NCBI GenBank assembly: GCA_944386695.1
Contig: CALXCB010000001.1
Coordinates: 6,620 to 70,619, forward strand
Source of the DNA: an uncultured Clostridia bacterium
Lineage (GTDB): Bacteria > Bacillota > Clostridia > TANB77 > CAG-508
Length of the DNA: 64,000 nucleotides
Reading direction: 5' to 3'
Shown: piece by piece, positions 49,415 through 59,230 of the stretch
How the letters are laid out: the number at the start of each line of letters is the position of its first letter
Numbering within the stretch: the stretch's first letter is position 1
Program-made: the position numbers and the translations under genes
Notes under the pieces: generated by a model
What the model was told of the DNA's origin: nothing
The model's database searches: none
Seen by the model: only the letters and a program-made list of their open reading frames with translations

Positions 49415-49477
49415 AAGATTCTCCTATTTCATATTTTTACCAGTCTTTAGTATATACTTTTTAATAAGTATTGTCAA

Positions 49478-52210
49478 TTATTTTTCATCACTTAATGAAT
49501 TTATCTTGAATAATTTAAATATTTCTACAATTACTAGTGGTGCAAATACTAAACATATAATTTCTATAATATTATCAACCGGAAGTATTGGTATGCTAAA
49601 CATATGTCTTAAACCTGGTACTAATAGTACTACAAACATTAGTAATGCTGACATAATTATTGCTCCTATTAAAGTCTTATTATTAAATACTTTTGTTTTA
49701 AATACTGATTTTTTATTGTCTCTAATATTAAATACATGTACTAGCTCTGATAATGCTAAAGTCACAAATGCCATAGTTTGTCCTACTTCTATTTTTGTTT
49801 CATCTAATGTTAAACCATCGATTGGTGTATCTGTTGTTGCCAAACCAATCATAAATGCTGCAAGTGTTAGTAATCCTACCATTACTCCTTGATAAATAAT
49901 CCTATAAACCATAGATTTTGTAAATATACCTTTACTTGACTTAATTGGTTTTCTTTCCATAATTCCATCATTTGCAGGATCAAATGCTAGAGCTAATGCT
50001 GGAAGCGAATCTGTAATTAAATTTACCCATAAAATATGAATTGGTAATAATATTTCAAGATGTGCAATATCTGCAATTCCAAACCATTTTGAGAAAAGTG
50101 ATGTTCCTAGTGTTGCTAAAAGTAGTACTACTATTTCTCCTATATTACTTGATAATAAAAACTGTATTACTTTTAATATATTGTCATATATTCTTCTTCC
50201 TTCTTCAACAGCTGATACGACAGTTGCAAAATTATCATCTGTTAATATTACATCTGCAGCTTCTTTTGCAACATCTGTTCCAACCATTCCCATAGCACAT
50301 CCAATATCTGCTTGTTTTAATGCTGGACTATCATTTACTCCATCTCCTGTCATAGCAACCACTTCGCCTTGTTTTTGCCACGCTTTTACTATACGAACCT
50401 TGTGCTCTGGAGCAACTCTAGCATAGACCGAATAATTTCTAATATTTTTTTCTAATTCTTCATCAGATATTTTATCTAATTCAACACCTGTTATTGCTTC
50501 TTTTTCATCTTTTAAAATTCCTAATTTTTTAGCTATAGCTGTTGCTGTAATTTTATGATCTCCTGTTATCATTACAGTTTTTATTCCTGCTGATTTACAC
50601 TTTTCTACTGCAAGTTTTGCTTCTTCTCGTGGAGGATCTATCATTCCATACATTCCAACAAATATTAAATCTTTTTCTAGTTCTTCTTTTTGTGGTTTAT
50701 AATCTAATTCTTTATAGGCAAACCCTAATACCCTTAAAGCGTCTTTTGCCATAGTTTCATTTACTTCATTAATTCTTGCTTTGTATAATTGTAAATTAGA
50801 ACTTTGGTTTCCATTTTCTATATATGATGTACAAATAGAAAGCAATTCGTCAATTCCACCTTTTGTAAATACTAAGTATTTATTATTTACTTTATGAACT
50901 GTTGTCATTAGCTTTCTTTCAGAATCAAATGGAACCTCATCTACTCTTGGCATCTGATCATATATATTTTTCGTAAATCCTAATTTTAAAGCAATATCTA
51001 CTAATGCTGTTTCTGTAGGATCTCCTGTAAGAGTATTTTCATCACTAATTTTTGTATCATTACATAACATACCATTATATACTAAAAGTTTTATTTCTTG
51101 GTTTGCATTTTCGTATTTCGTTATTTCATCTATATCTACCATATCATATACATGATTATTTACAAACATTTTTTGAACTGTCATTTTATTTTGCGTTAAT
51201 GTTCCTGTTTTATCTGAACATATAACAGAACTACTTCCTAAAGTTTCAACAGCTGGTAAATTTTTTACTATAGCATTTCTCTTAACCATTTTTTGAACAC
51301 CAATTGCTAAAACTATAGTTGAAACAGCAGCTAACCCCTCTGGTATTGCAGCAACAGCCAAACTTACTGCTGTCATAAACATTGAAATAGCTGGCTTTCC
51401 TTGAACCAATCCTGCTGCAAAAATTATTGCACAAATTATTAAAGCTACTATTCCTAATGTTTTTCCTAAATTATTTAATTTTTGTTGAAGTGGAGTTTGC
51501 TTTTCTTCTTGATTAGATAACATACTAGCAATTTTTCCAACTTCAGTTGTCATTGCAGTTTCGACAACAATTGCTTTTCCTCTACCATATGTTATAAGAC
51601 TTGAAGAAAATAACATATTGGTTCTGTCTCCAATAGACACCTCTTCTTCTTCAATTTGACTTGCTTGTTTTTCAACAGGTACTGATTCCCCTGTTAGAGA
51701 TGCTTCTTGTGACTTTAAATTAATTGCTTCAATAATTCTTAAATCTGCTGGTACATAATCTCCTGTTTCTAATACAACAATATCTCCTGGTACTAATTCT
51801 TTTGCAGAGATAACTTCTACATTACCATTTCTTACAACTTTGGCTTCATAACCACTTAATTCTTGTAAAGCTTCTAGCGATTTTTCAGCTTTTGCTTCTT
51901 GAGCTACTCCAATTATCGCATTTACAATTACTACAATCAAAATTATAACAGAATCAGTAATAGCTTCTCCTTGAGCAACTGAAACTGCTCCTGAAAGTAT
52001 TGCAGCTACTATTAAAACTATTATCATAAAATCTTTAAATTGCTCTAAGAATTTTACAATTAAAGATTTCTTTTTTTCAGCTTTTAACTCATTTAACCCA
52101 TATTTTTCTATTCTTTTTTTTACCTCTTCTGAGTTTAAACCTTTATCAATATTTGTGGATAATTCCTCTTCCACTTCTTTTACTGTTTTATTAAACCATT
52201 TTCCTTGCAT
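49478..52210 (-). CDS. Calcium-type P-type ATPase (P2A)
   Basis: It has ICSDKTGTLT, MITGDH and TGDGVNDSPALK. An AAGGAGGAG SD precedes the ATG at 52208-52210. Confidence 0.9.
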   Translation of the reverse strand: MQGKWFNKTVKEVEEELSTNIDKGLNSEEVKKRIEKYGLNELKAEKKKSLIVKFLEQFKDFMIIVLIVAAILSGAVSVAQGEAITDSVIILIVVIVNAIIGVAQEAKAEKSLEALQELSGYEAKVVRNGNVEVISAKELVPGDIVVLETGDYVPADLRIIEAINLKSQEASLTGESVPVEKQASQIEEEEVSIGDRTNMLFSSSLITYGRGKAIVVETAMTTEVGKIASMLSNQEEKQTPLQQKLNNLGKTLGIVALIICAIIFAAGLVQGKPAISMFMTAVSLAVAAIPEGLAAVSTIVLAIGVQKMVKRNAIVKNLPAVETLGSSSVICSDKTGTLTQNKMTVQKMFVNNHVYDMVDIDEITKYENANQEIKLLVYNGMLCNDTKISDENTLTGDPTETALVDIALKLGFTKNIYDQMPRVDEVPFDSERKLMTTVHKVNNKYLVFTKGGIDELLSICTSYIENGNQSSNLQLYKARINEVNETMAKDALRVLGFAYKELDYKPQKEELEKDLIFVGMYGMIDPPREEAKLAVEKCKSAGIKTVMITGDHKITATAIAKKLGILKDEKEAITGVELDKISDEELEKNIRNYSVYARVAPEHKVRIVKAWQKQGEVVAMTGDGVNDSPALKQADIGCAMGMVGTDVAKEAADVILTDDNFATVVSAVEEGRRIYDNILKVIQFLLSSNIGEIVVLLLATLGTSLFSKWFGIADIAHLEILLPIHILWVNLITDSLPALALAFDPANDGIMERKPIKSSKGIFTKSMVYRIIYQGVMVGLLTLAAFMIGLATTDTPIDGLTLDETKIEVGQTMAFVTLALSELVHVFNIRDNKKSVFKTKVFNNKTLIGAIIMSALLMFVVLLVPGLRHMFSIPILPVDNIIEIICLVFAPLVIVEIFKLFKINSLSDEK

Positions 52211-52229
52211 AAACACTCCTCCTTGACAA

Positions 52230-52745
52230 TTAAGACTCGATCCTTTTGGTATTTTCATTCTTGTTTCCCTTAAAAATCCATATTTTGCTAAATACAAAAT
52301 TTAAAATAATGACAACTATATTTGATACTACTTTCATTAAAATATCATTTATACTAAACCACACTGCTACATTCATCATTAAAATACTTATAATTTCCGT
52401 AAATATTCTACAACTAAAAAACGACATTATCTCTTTAGCTAATTCTTTATAATTATTTGTTTTACTATCAAAAACATATAATTTATTAGTAACATATGCA
52501 AAAATTACACCAACTATAAATGCTATAATTTCACTTATGTTTACTCTTAAGGAATCATTTGATATTCCTTTTAAAAATATAGCTGAAAAAATAGCATATG
52601 TTAATATATTTACCAATGTTGTTAAAGCTCCAAATACTAGATATCTCATTCCTTCTTGATGTTGTCTATACCATGAAGCTAGAGATTTTAGACCTATTTT
52701 TTCCAATATTTTTAAACAAAACTCTTCTATTTTATCCACTATCAT
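52230..52745 (-). CDS. GtrA-family membrane protein
   Basis: It has four predicted TMs, and YLVFGALTTLVNILTY...YVTNKLYVF resembles GtrA. Confidence 0.7.
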   Translation of the reverse strand: MIVDKIEEFCLKILEKIGLKSLASWYRQHQEGMRYLVFGALTTLVNILTYAIFSAIFLKGISNDSLRVNISEIIAFIVGVIFAYVTNKLYVFDSKTNNYKELAKEIMSFFSCRIFTEIISILMMNVAVWFSINDILMKVVSNIVVIILNFVFSKIWIFKGNKNENTKRIES

Positions 52746-52807
52746 CTTATTTTGCTCCTTTTATTATTTTCTAATATTTTTTAGTTTTTTATTATAAAAT
52801 CTATCTT

Positions 52808-53686
52808 TTATATTAGATCTTTTTCTGTAAAAATGTATTTTTTGTGACAAAAATGACATTGTGCTTCTATCTTGCCATCTTCTTTTAAAATTTTAGAAAT
52901 TTCTTCTTTTCCAAGAGATAATATCCCTTGTTTTATTTTTTCCTTACTACAATCACATTTATATGAAACATCTAAATCATTTTCTAAAATTTCAATATTA
53001 TTATCTCCTGTAATAGTTTTTGCAATTTCTTCTAATGTTAAACCTTTATTTAACATTTCTGAAATTGGATTTGCTTTTTTTATAGCATTTTCTATATTAG
53101 TAATATCTTCATCTGTTGCATCTGGCATTGGATTTATAATATATCCTCCTGCTCTTTTTACACCATCTTTGTTTACTAAAACACCTAATGCTAATGCTGT
53201 TGGCTTTTGTTCTGATTTTGCAAAAAATTCTGTAAAGTCTTCCGCTATTTCACCTGAAACAAGAGGGATTACAGCATTATAATTTCCATTTGTTAATTTA
53301 TTTTGCTTAATTATATTTAAGTATCCTTGATGTCCTACTGCACCACCTACATCTATTTTTCCATCTGATTTTAAAGGCAATTCAACATGTGGATTTTGTG
53401 CATAAATTCTTACATTTGCTAATTTTTTATTTTCCAATTTACTTACAGCTACTATACTGCCAATTGGTCCATTTCCTTTTACTTGTATAGTTAAGCTATC
53501 TGTTTCGTCTTTTATTTCTAAATGTGTCATCATTGTTGCAACTGTTGCAACTCGTCCTACTGCTGCTGTTACTGTAGGTGATAAATCATGTATCTTTCTT
53601 ATTTCTTCAACTAAATTTGTAGAATCAATACACATGACTGCTACTCTTTTGTTATATGCTAAAAATTTTATTATTTTACATTTCAA
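52808..53686 (-). CDS. hslO: Redox-regulated chaperone Hsp33
   Basis: It has a C-terminal CDCSKE...CHFCHKKY zinc centre. A probable TTG start follows an AGGAGTG SD. Confidence 0.85.
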   Translation of the reverse strand: MKCKIIKFLAYNKRVAVMCIDSTNLVEEIRKIHDLSPTVTAAVGRVATVATMMTHLEIKDETDSLTIQVKGNGPIGSIVAVSKLENKKLANVRIYAQNPHVELPLKSDGKIDVGGAVGHQGYLNIIKQNKLTNGNYNAVIPLVSGEIAEDFTEFFAKSEQKPTALALGVLVNKDGVKRAGGYIINPMPDATDEDITNIENAIKKANPISEMLNKGLTLEEIAKTITGDNNIEILENDLDVSYKCDCSKEKIKQGILSLGKEEISKILKEDGKIEAQCHFCHKKYIFTEKDLI

Positions 53687-53750
53687 ATATATCACTCCTA
53701 TATTTTGCTTATTTTGTTATTTATATACGATATGTATTGTACCGTAAAAT

Positions 53751-53783
53751 AAAAAAAATAGCAAGAGTTTTCTTGCTATTTTG
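53751..53783 (-). terminator. Rho-independent terminator after spoVG
   Basis: The ATAGCAAGA-GTTT-TCTTGCTAT hairpin is followed by a T-run on the minus strand. Confidence 0.65.
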
Positions 53784-53801
53784 ATTATACTAAATATTTT
53801 A

Positions 53802-54077
53802 TTATTCAGCTGATCCTTCTTCTGCTTCAGGAGCATTATATACTTCTAATATAGCATTTTGAATTTTTTCCCTTGTTTCAGGATTAATTGGATGAGCTAT
53901 ATCCTTAAATTCTCCTGTTGGGATTTTTTTACTAGGCATAGCAATGAATAATCCATTTTGGCTTTCAATAACTTTGATATCATGAACTACAAATTCATCG
54001 TCAAATGTCACAGAAGCAACAGCTTTCATTCTATTTTCTGAATTAACCTTTCTTAAACGTACATCTGTTATTTGCAT
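53802..54077 (-). CDS. spoVG: Septation/sporulation regulator SpoVG
   Basis: [11 protein letters not shown]...[21 protein letters not shown]...FIAMPS...KDIAHPIN. Confidence 0.9.
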   Translation of the reverse strand: MQITDVRLRKVNSENRMKAVASVTFDDEFVVHDIKVIESQNGLFIAMPSKKIPTGEFKDIAHPINPETREKIQNAILEVYNAPEAEEGSAE

Positions 54078-54254
54078 TTTAAGCACCTCTTTCTTTAAGT
54101 AATATAGATATTTTGTACATATTTTTTAATTTTTATGTACTAATATATTATTCTTCAAAAAAAATGTTTTTCCTTCTTTTTTTTACAAAATTTTTTTATA
54201 TTTTTTTGAGACGGATAAAAAAATACTTTTTCCTCCATCCTTAACTTTTCTTCA

Positions 54255-55401
54255 TCATACATATTCTATTGGTATATAATAATTATTTTCATCAATCGCC
54301 ATTATATTTTCCATCATACATAGAACTGTTCCATTACCAATTTTAATTCCAAACTTTTTTACAATATCAAAATTTTTTATTGCTGTATTGCCTGGGTTTG
54401 CACTCTTTTTTATTTCTACTGGATAAACTGTATTATCATAAAATACTAATAAGTCAATTTCTTTTTGATTCGTATCTCTATAATAATAAAGTCTTGTTCT
54501 TGGGTCTTTTCCATTATTAGTATAAGATTTTATAATTTCACTTATTATATAGGTTTCAAATATTGCACCATTATATGCACTTTTTTCTAATGTTTGACTA
54601 TTTATATATCCTGTTAAATAACAAGCAAGTCCTGTGTCCATAAAATAAATTTTAGGCCTTTTTATTGCTTTTTTTATATTATTATTGGAATATGATGGAA
54701 GCATGTAGATTAAATTTGTATTTTTTAAAATAGATATCCATTCATTTGCTGTCTTTGAATCAATTCCTACATCATTCGATATATCTAGAGCATTGTATTC
54801 TTGAGCTATTGATTCCATTATTATTATTTACCTCTGGATAACTACCATTAATGATTTTTATATATATTTCTTGTGTTGTTTTCATTTTTACTTTTTCTTT
54901 ATTTTTTAAAAGTTGAATATCAGGTATAAATACAGGTTCTTCTATATTTTCTAATTCCCTTGACGAAAATCCATATAAATCTAGTATTCCAATTCTACCA
55001 GCAAGGGATTCACTCACATTTTTCATTGTTTGAAATACTTGAGAACCTGTTAAATAATATAATGTTCCAACTTCTTTTCCATCTCCAAACATTTCATTTT
55101 TTCTTGCCTCATCTACCTTAATTTTTATATAAGATAGCAATTCTGGTGCATATTGAAATTCGTCTATAATAAGTGGTGTTTCATAAGTTCTCAAAAATAA
55201 TTCTGGATCATCTATTGCCTGACTTCTAACTAATAGATTATCTAGCGAAACATAATTTATTTTTTCTTTAGAAGTTACAGCTAAATGATTTAGTAAAGTT
55301 GTCTTTCCAACTTGTCTGGGTCCAGTTATCATAATTACAGGACAATTACCTTTTAAAGAATTTAAACTTTTTTCAATGGTTCTTGTTCTATATTTTTCCA
55401 T
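54255..55401 (-). pseudogene. AAA ATPase with a DUF4143 domain (COG1373-like), frameshifted in an AAT repeat and missing a short internal segment
   Basis: The N-terminal part has ITGPRQVGKTTLL...GSYPEV, and the C-terminal part has ...DISNDVGIDSKTANEWISIL...YFMDTGL...EIDLL. The frames differ, and about 30 aa of the usual linker are absent. Confidence 0.65.
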
Positions 55402-55589
55402 ACATTATTCACCTCATAATCATTATACTTTATTTTTGAAAAAAGTCTATCTTTTTTAGATTTTTTTGGAGTTCAATTCCATATTTATCTTTAAACGATT
55501 TTTTAAGGTCTGCTTTTAAAATTTATTAGAATATAAGTTAAAATCTCCAATGTAAAATAATTTTCTTGATAGTTTTTTCATAGATTACT

Positions 55590-56057
55590 TTACACTATCA
55601 TTTTGTAGTTTACAAAATCACTATTATCATAAAAAATATTATTTTCTATTTCTCTTATCACTTTTTTTGCTCGCTTATCTAAATTCTCCGGTAACTCTTC
55701 TATATTAAACCATTCTAGATTTTCACATTTTTCTGGTTCGCCAATTTCTAAATTTCCTTCATATTTTTCTGAAGAAATAATAAACTTTAATCTATTTCCT
55801 TTATAATGATGTAAAATGTGTTCTATATGCAAATCTTCAAGTTTTAATTTAATTTTCAACTCTTCATAAGCTTCTCTAATCATAGCATTCATTAAATCTT
55901 CACCTTCATCAACATGACCACCAGGTAATTCATATTCTCCATCATTGTATCCTGTATTCTTCCTTAATGCCAGTAATACTTCCTTTTTTCCAGTCTCTTC
56001 ATTTTTTCTTATCAACATTAAGTCCACTACTATCATACTTTTATATCTTTCTTCCAT
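55590..56057 (-). CDS. NUDIX hydrolase
   Basis: GGHVDEGEDLMNAMIREAYEELKI is the Nudix box. Confidence 0.85.
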   Translation of the reverse strand: MEERYKSMIVVDLMLIRKNEETGKKEVLLALRKNTGYNDGEYELPGGHVDEGEDLMNAMIREAYEELKIKLKLEDLHIEHILHHYKGNRLKFIISSEKYEGNLEIGEPEKCENLEWFNIEELPENLDKRAKKVIREIENNIFYDNSDFVNYKMIV

Positions 56058-56101
56058 AGTTAAAACCTCTTATTTTTTATAATTTATATATTCTATCATT
56101 A

Positions 56102-56845
56102 CTAATAATCCAAAATTCCTTTTAAGATTTCCTCCTGATTTATTTTTCCATAAGAATTTGCACTTATTATAAACATTTCCTTATTATCTGTTGAAAAATA
56201 TTCATATTCAGTATATGGATCCATCTCTTCAAATGGATATTCTTGAATCTCACCTGTTACTTCATCCACTATATATGTTGTTGAATTTATATCAAATATA
56301 TGAAGAGTTTCATCTGAAAGCATTTCCTGTATTTTTTTATCATAATCATTCATCTCTCTATTTTCTTTTTTAATTAAAAAACCTTCTTCATTTACTTCAT
56401 ATTCTGAATCTGCTATATTATTTAAAATATTTAAAAAGCTTTCTCTTGAAGTTTCTTCTATCCAAATTCCAGTATGTGTTGGTGCTTGAGTTAATAAATT
56501 ATCTAATTCTGAAAAATCAGGTATTTCTTTTTTTATCATTCCTGCTAAAGCTACATTATATTGAATACTTGGTTTAACTCTTACTACTTCTCTTCCATCA
56601 TATTCTGTTGCTATTTCATAAATATTTTCATCTGCTTGAAGTCCTTGGTTTTCTGTTATTTGAGCTATTTGTTCTTGATCTTGCTCACTATTTTCTTCAT
56701 TTTCTGAATCATAACTAATTGGAAGTGAAGATATATTCTCTTCACTTCCGTCTTGTTGTGATTTTTTTGTAATGAAGAAAACAACTAATATAACAATTAA
56801 TATAATAATTAATATAATACTACTTATAATTACTTTTTTCTTCAT
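56102..56845 (-). CDS. Hypothetical membrane-anchored protein with an acidic linker
   Basis: It has an N-terminal TM (VIISSIILIIILIVILVVFFI) and no recognisable domain. Confidence 0.5.
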   Translation of the reverse strand: MKKKVIISSIILIIILIVILVVFFITKKSQQDGSEENISSLPISYDSENEENSEQDQEQIAQITENQGLQADENIYEIATEYDGREVVRVKPSIQYNVALAGMIKKEIPDFSELDNLLTQAPTHTGIWIEETSRESFLNILNNIADSEYEVNEEGFLIKKENREMNDYDKKIQEMLSDETLHIFDINSTTYIVDEVTGEIQEYPFEEMDPYTEYEYFSTDNKEMFIISANSYGKINQEEILKGILDY

Positions 56846-56943
56846 TCTAATTATTTTGTATTAGTCTTATAAAAAACTATAATATTCTAATACAAAATTC
56901 CCTCCTTACAAACTTTACTAAAATCTATGTACTAAATACATAA

Positions 56944-59208
56944 TTAATATTTTTTATAACTTATATCTAAATCTACATTTCCAGATATTCCATTTACACT
57001 TCCAGTACTTGTATATTGCCAAATTGTATAATAACCAGTATAATCTGAAGTATTGTCTGGTGCACCATAAACATAGTGTGCAAGCCATACATCATAACCT
57101 GATAATTTTGACATATCCAATTGATTATTTAGCCAATCTTTACTTGCATATATAATTGGTGTATATCCAGCATTTCTTATAGTTTCTACAAAGCCTTGTA
57201 TAGCTGCTGTTCTATCTTCTACTGATATATTGTCAGCTCTTCCGTCTTTGTCACTATTTGACCATTCTGTATCTATTGCTATTGGATAAGTTAAATCATA
57301 TCCTTTTATTTTTTCCAATACCCAATTTGCTTCTTCTACACCTTCATCTCTATTAATTGCTTGTGAGAAGAAATATACTCCACATTTTATGCCATTGCTC
57401 ATAGCTCCACGAAGATTTTGCTCATAATAATTATCTGATACAATTTTTCCTGTTCCATATCCTCTAAGACCTATTCTTACCATTGCAAAATCTACATTAC
57501 TTTGTTTTACTCCAGACCAATTGATATTTCCTTGATATTTCGAAACATCAATTCCATATGTTCTATCTGTATAATACATAAAATCTTTGCTGGCAGACGC
57601 TAAAAGTGTTTTACCTGTTGAATCATATAATTTTGCATATACGGTATGCTTTCCGTCACCAACCCCTGACAAATTAGCTACTCCTGCATAACCAGGTGTT
57701 GGATTTATACTAATATCTCCATAATTTACATTTATATTTGTACTTGTAGTTTCATTATTTGCAAATACATCATTTCTTTCACTTCTTGTAACAGATACTA
57801 ATTTAGAATCTACATATAATTTTAAAACTGTATTTTCATGTTCTGAAAGAACATATCCAGATATATCTAAACTTGAAGATGTTATAATCGTTCTTGTAGG
57901 ATTTTCTATTTCCACTTTGCTATGCTTGATCTTAGGTACAATTCTTATTTCTAGTCCTTCTAGCCTTCTAGATTCTCCTGTTGTTCCTGCTAATTCTCCA
58001 TCTGATACCCAGTTCATCCAACCATAGCCTTCTACTTGAGCTCTATATTCTACAGAATATTCATCTAAGTTTACAAGTTGGATTCTTATTCCTTCCATTC
58101 TTTTGCTTTCACCATCTGTTCCTGCTAATTGTCCATCAGATACATAATTTTGCCAACCATATCCTTCTCCATGTGCCTGATAGATTATTTTTGCATCACT
58201 TGGTGCATTTTTTAATTTTATTTTTATTCCTTCTAATCTTTTTGATTGTCCATCTGTTCCTGCAAGCTGACCTTCAGAAACCCATGATTGCCAACCATAT
58301 CCTTCTCCTTGTCCTTGATATGTTAATGTTAATTCTTTTTCTTCTGGTTCTTCTGGTTCTTGATCTTGTCCATCTTTTTTTACAATTCTTATTTCAAGTC
58401 CTTCCATACGTTTGCTTTGACCAGTCGTTCCTGCAAGTTCTCCATCAGATACCCAGCCTTGCCAACCATAGCCTTCTCCATGTGCTCTGTATTCAACAGA
58501 ATATCCAGGCATATTTACAAGTTTTATTTCTATTCCTTCAATCCTTTTAGATTCTCCATCTGTTCCTGCAAGCTTACCATCAGATACCCAGCCTTGCCAA
58601 CCATAACCTTCTCCATGTGCTCTGTACTCTATCTTTGCTAGCTTTGGTGCATTTTCCAATTCTATTTTTATTCCTTCAAGTCTTCTAGATTCTCCTGTTG
58701 TTCCTGCTAATTCTCCATTAGATACCCATGATTGCCAACCATAATCTTGTCCTTGTCCTTGATATTTTACTCCAATTTCACTATTAGATGTAGCATTTAC
58801 TGATAAAGCATTAACCTCTGTGCTTTCATTAATAGCATCTTGTTGTTCTTCTTCATCTAATTGTTCTTCATTTATAACTTCTTCTTCTATTATTTCATTT
58901 TCTGTTGAATCTACTTCATTGGAATTTTCTGTATTAGTAGTTGAAGATTCATTTTCTTCAACTATTATATCTTTGTCTTCTTCACTTAAATTTTCATTTG
59001 AGCTATTTTCTTCATTATCAGCACTTTCGTCTATATTTTCATTATTTGTATTTTCGTCTGAATCTGTAGTTTCATTTTCAACACTTAGATTTTCTTCTTC
59101 TATAGTCATATTTTCTACTTGATTAACAGCAATACTAACTGTACTTCCTATAATATTTATGAAAAAGATTATTAACAAAACTACTGATATTAATATCTTT
59201 TTATTCAT
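56944..59208 (-). CDS. Secreted ChW-repeat protein with a C-terminal GH25 muramidase
   Basis: Multiple Y(Q/R)AHGEGYGWQ.WVSDG.LAGT.G.SKR(L/M)EGI.I units are present, with C-terminal GIDVSKYQGNINW...FAMVRIG...VYFFS.... Confidence 0.8.
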   Translation of the reverse strand: MNKKILISVVLLIIFFINIIGSTVSIAVNQVENMTIEEENLSVENETTDSDENTNNENIDESADNEENSSNENLSEEDKDIIVEENESSTTNTENSNEVDSTENEIIEEEVINEEQLDEEEQQDAINESTEVNALSVNATSNSEIGVKYQGQGQDYGWQSWVSNGELAGTTGESRRLEGIKIELENAPKLAKIEYRAHGEGYGWQGWVSDGKLAGTDGESKRIEGIEIKLVNMPGYSVEYRAHGEGYGWQGWVSDGELAGTTGQSKRMEGLEIRIVKKDGQDQEPEEPEEKELTLTYQGQGEGYGWQSWVSEGQLAGTDGQSKRLEGIKIKLKNAPSDAKIIYQAHGEGYGWQNYVSDGQLAGTDGESKRMEGIRIQLVNLDEYSVEYRAQVEGYGWMNWVSDGELAGTTGESRRLEGLEIRIVPKIKHSKVEIENPTRTIITSSSLDISGYVLSEHENTVLKLYVDSKLVSVTRSERNDVFANNETTSTNINVNYGDISINPTPGYAGVANLSGVGDGKHTVYAKLYDSTGKTLLASASKDFMYYTDRTYGIDVSKYQGNINWSGVKQSNVDFAMVRIGLRGYGTGKIVSDNYYEQNLRGAMSNGIKCGVYFFSQAINRDEGVEEANWVLEKIKGYDLTYPIAIDTEWSNSDKDGRADNISVEDRTAAIQGFVETIRNAGYTPIIYASKDWLNNQLDMSKLSGYDVWLAHYVYGAPDNTSDYTGYYTIWQYTSTGSVNGISGNVDLDISYKKY

Positions 59209-59230
59209 AGTTTTCCTCCTAATATCATTT

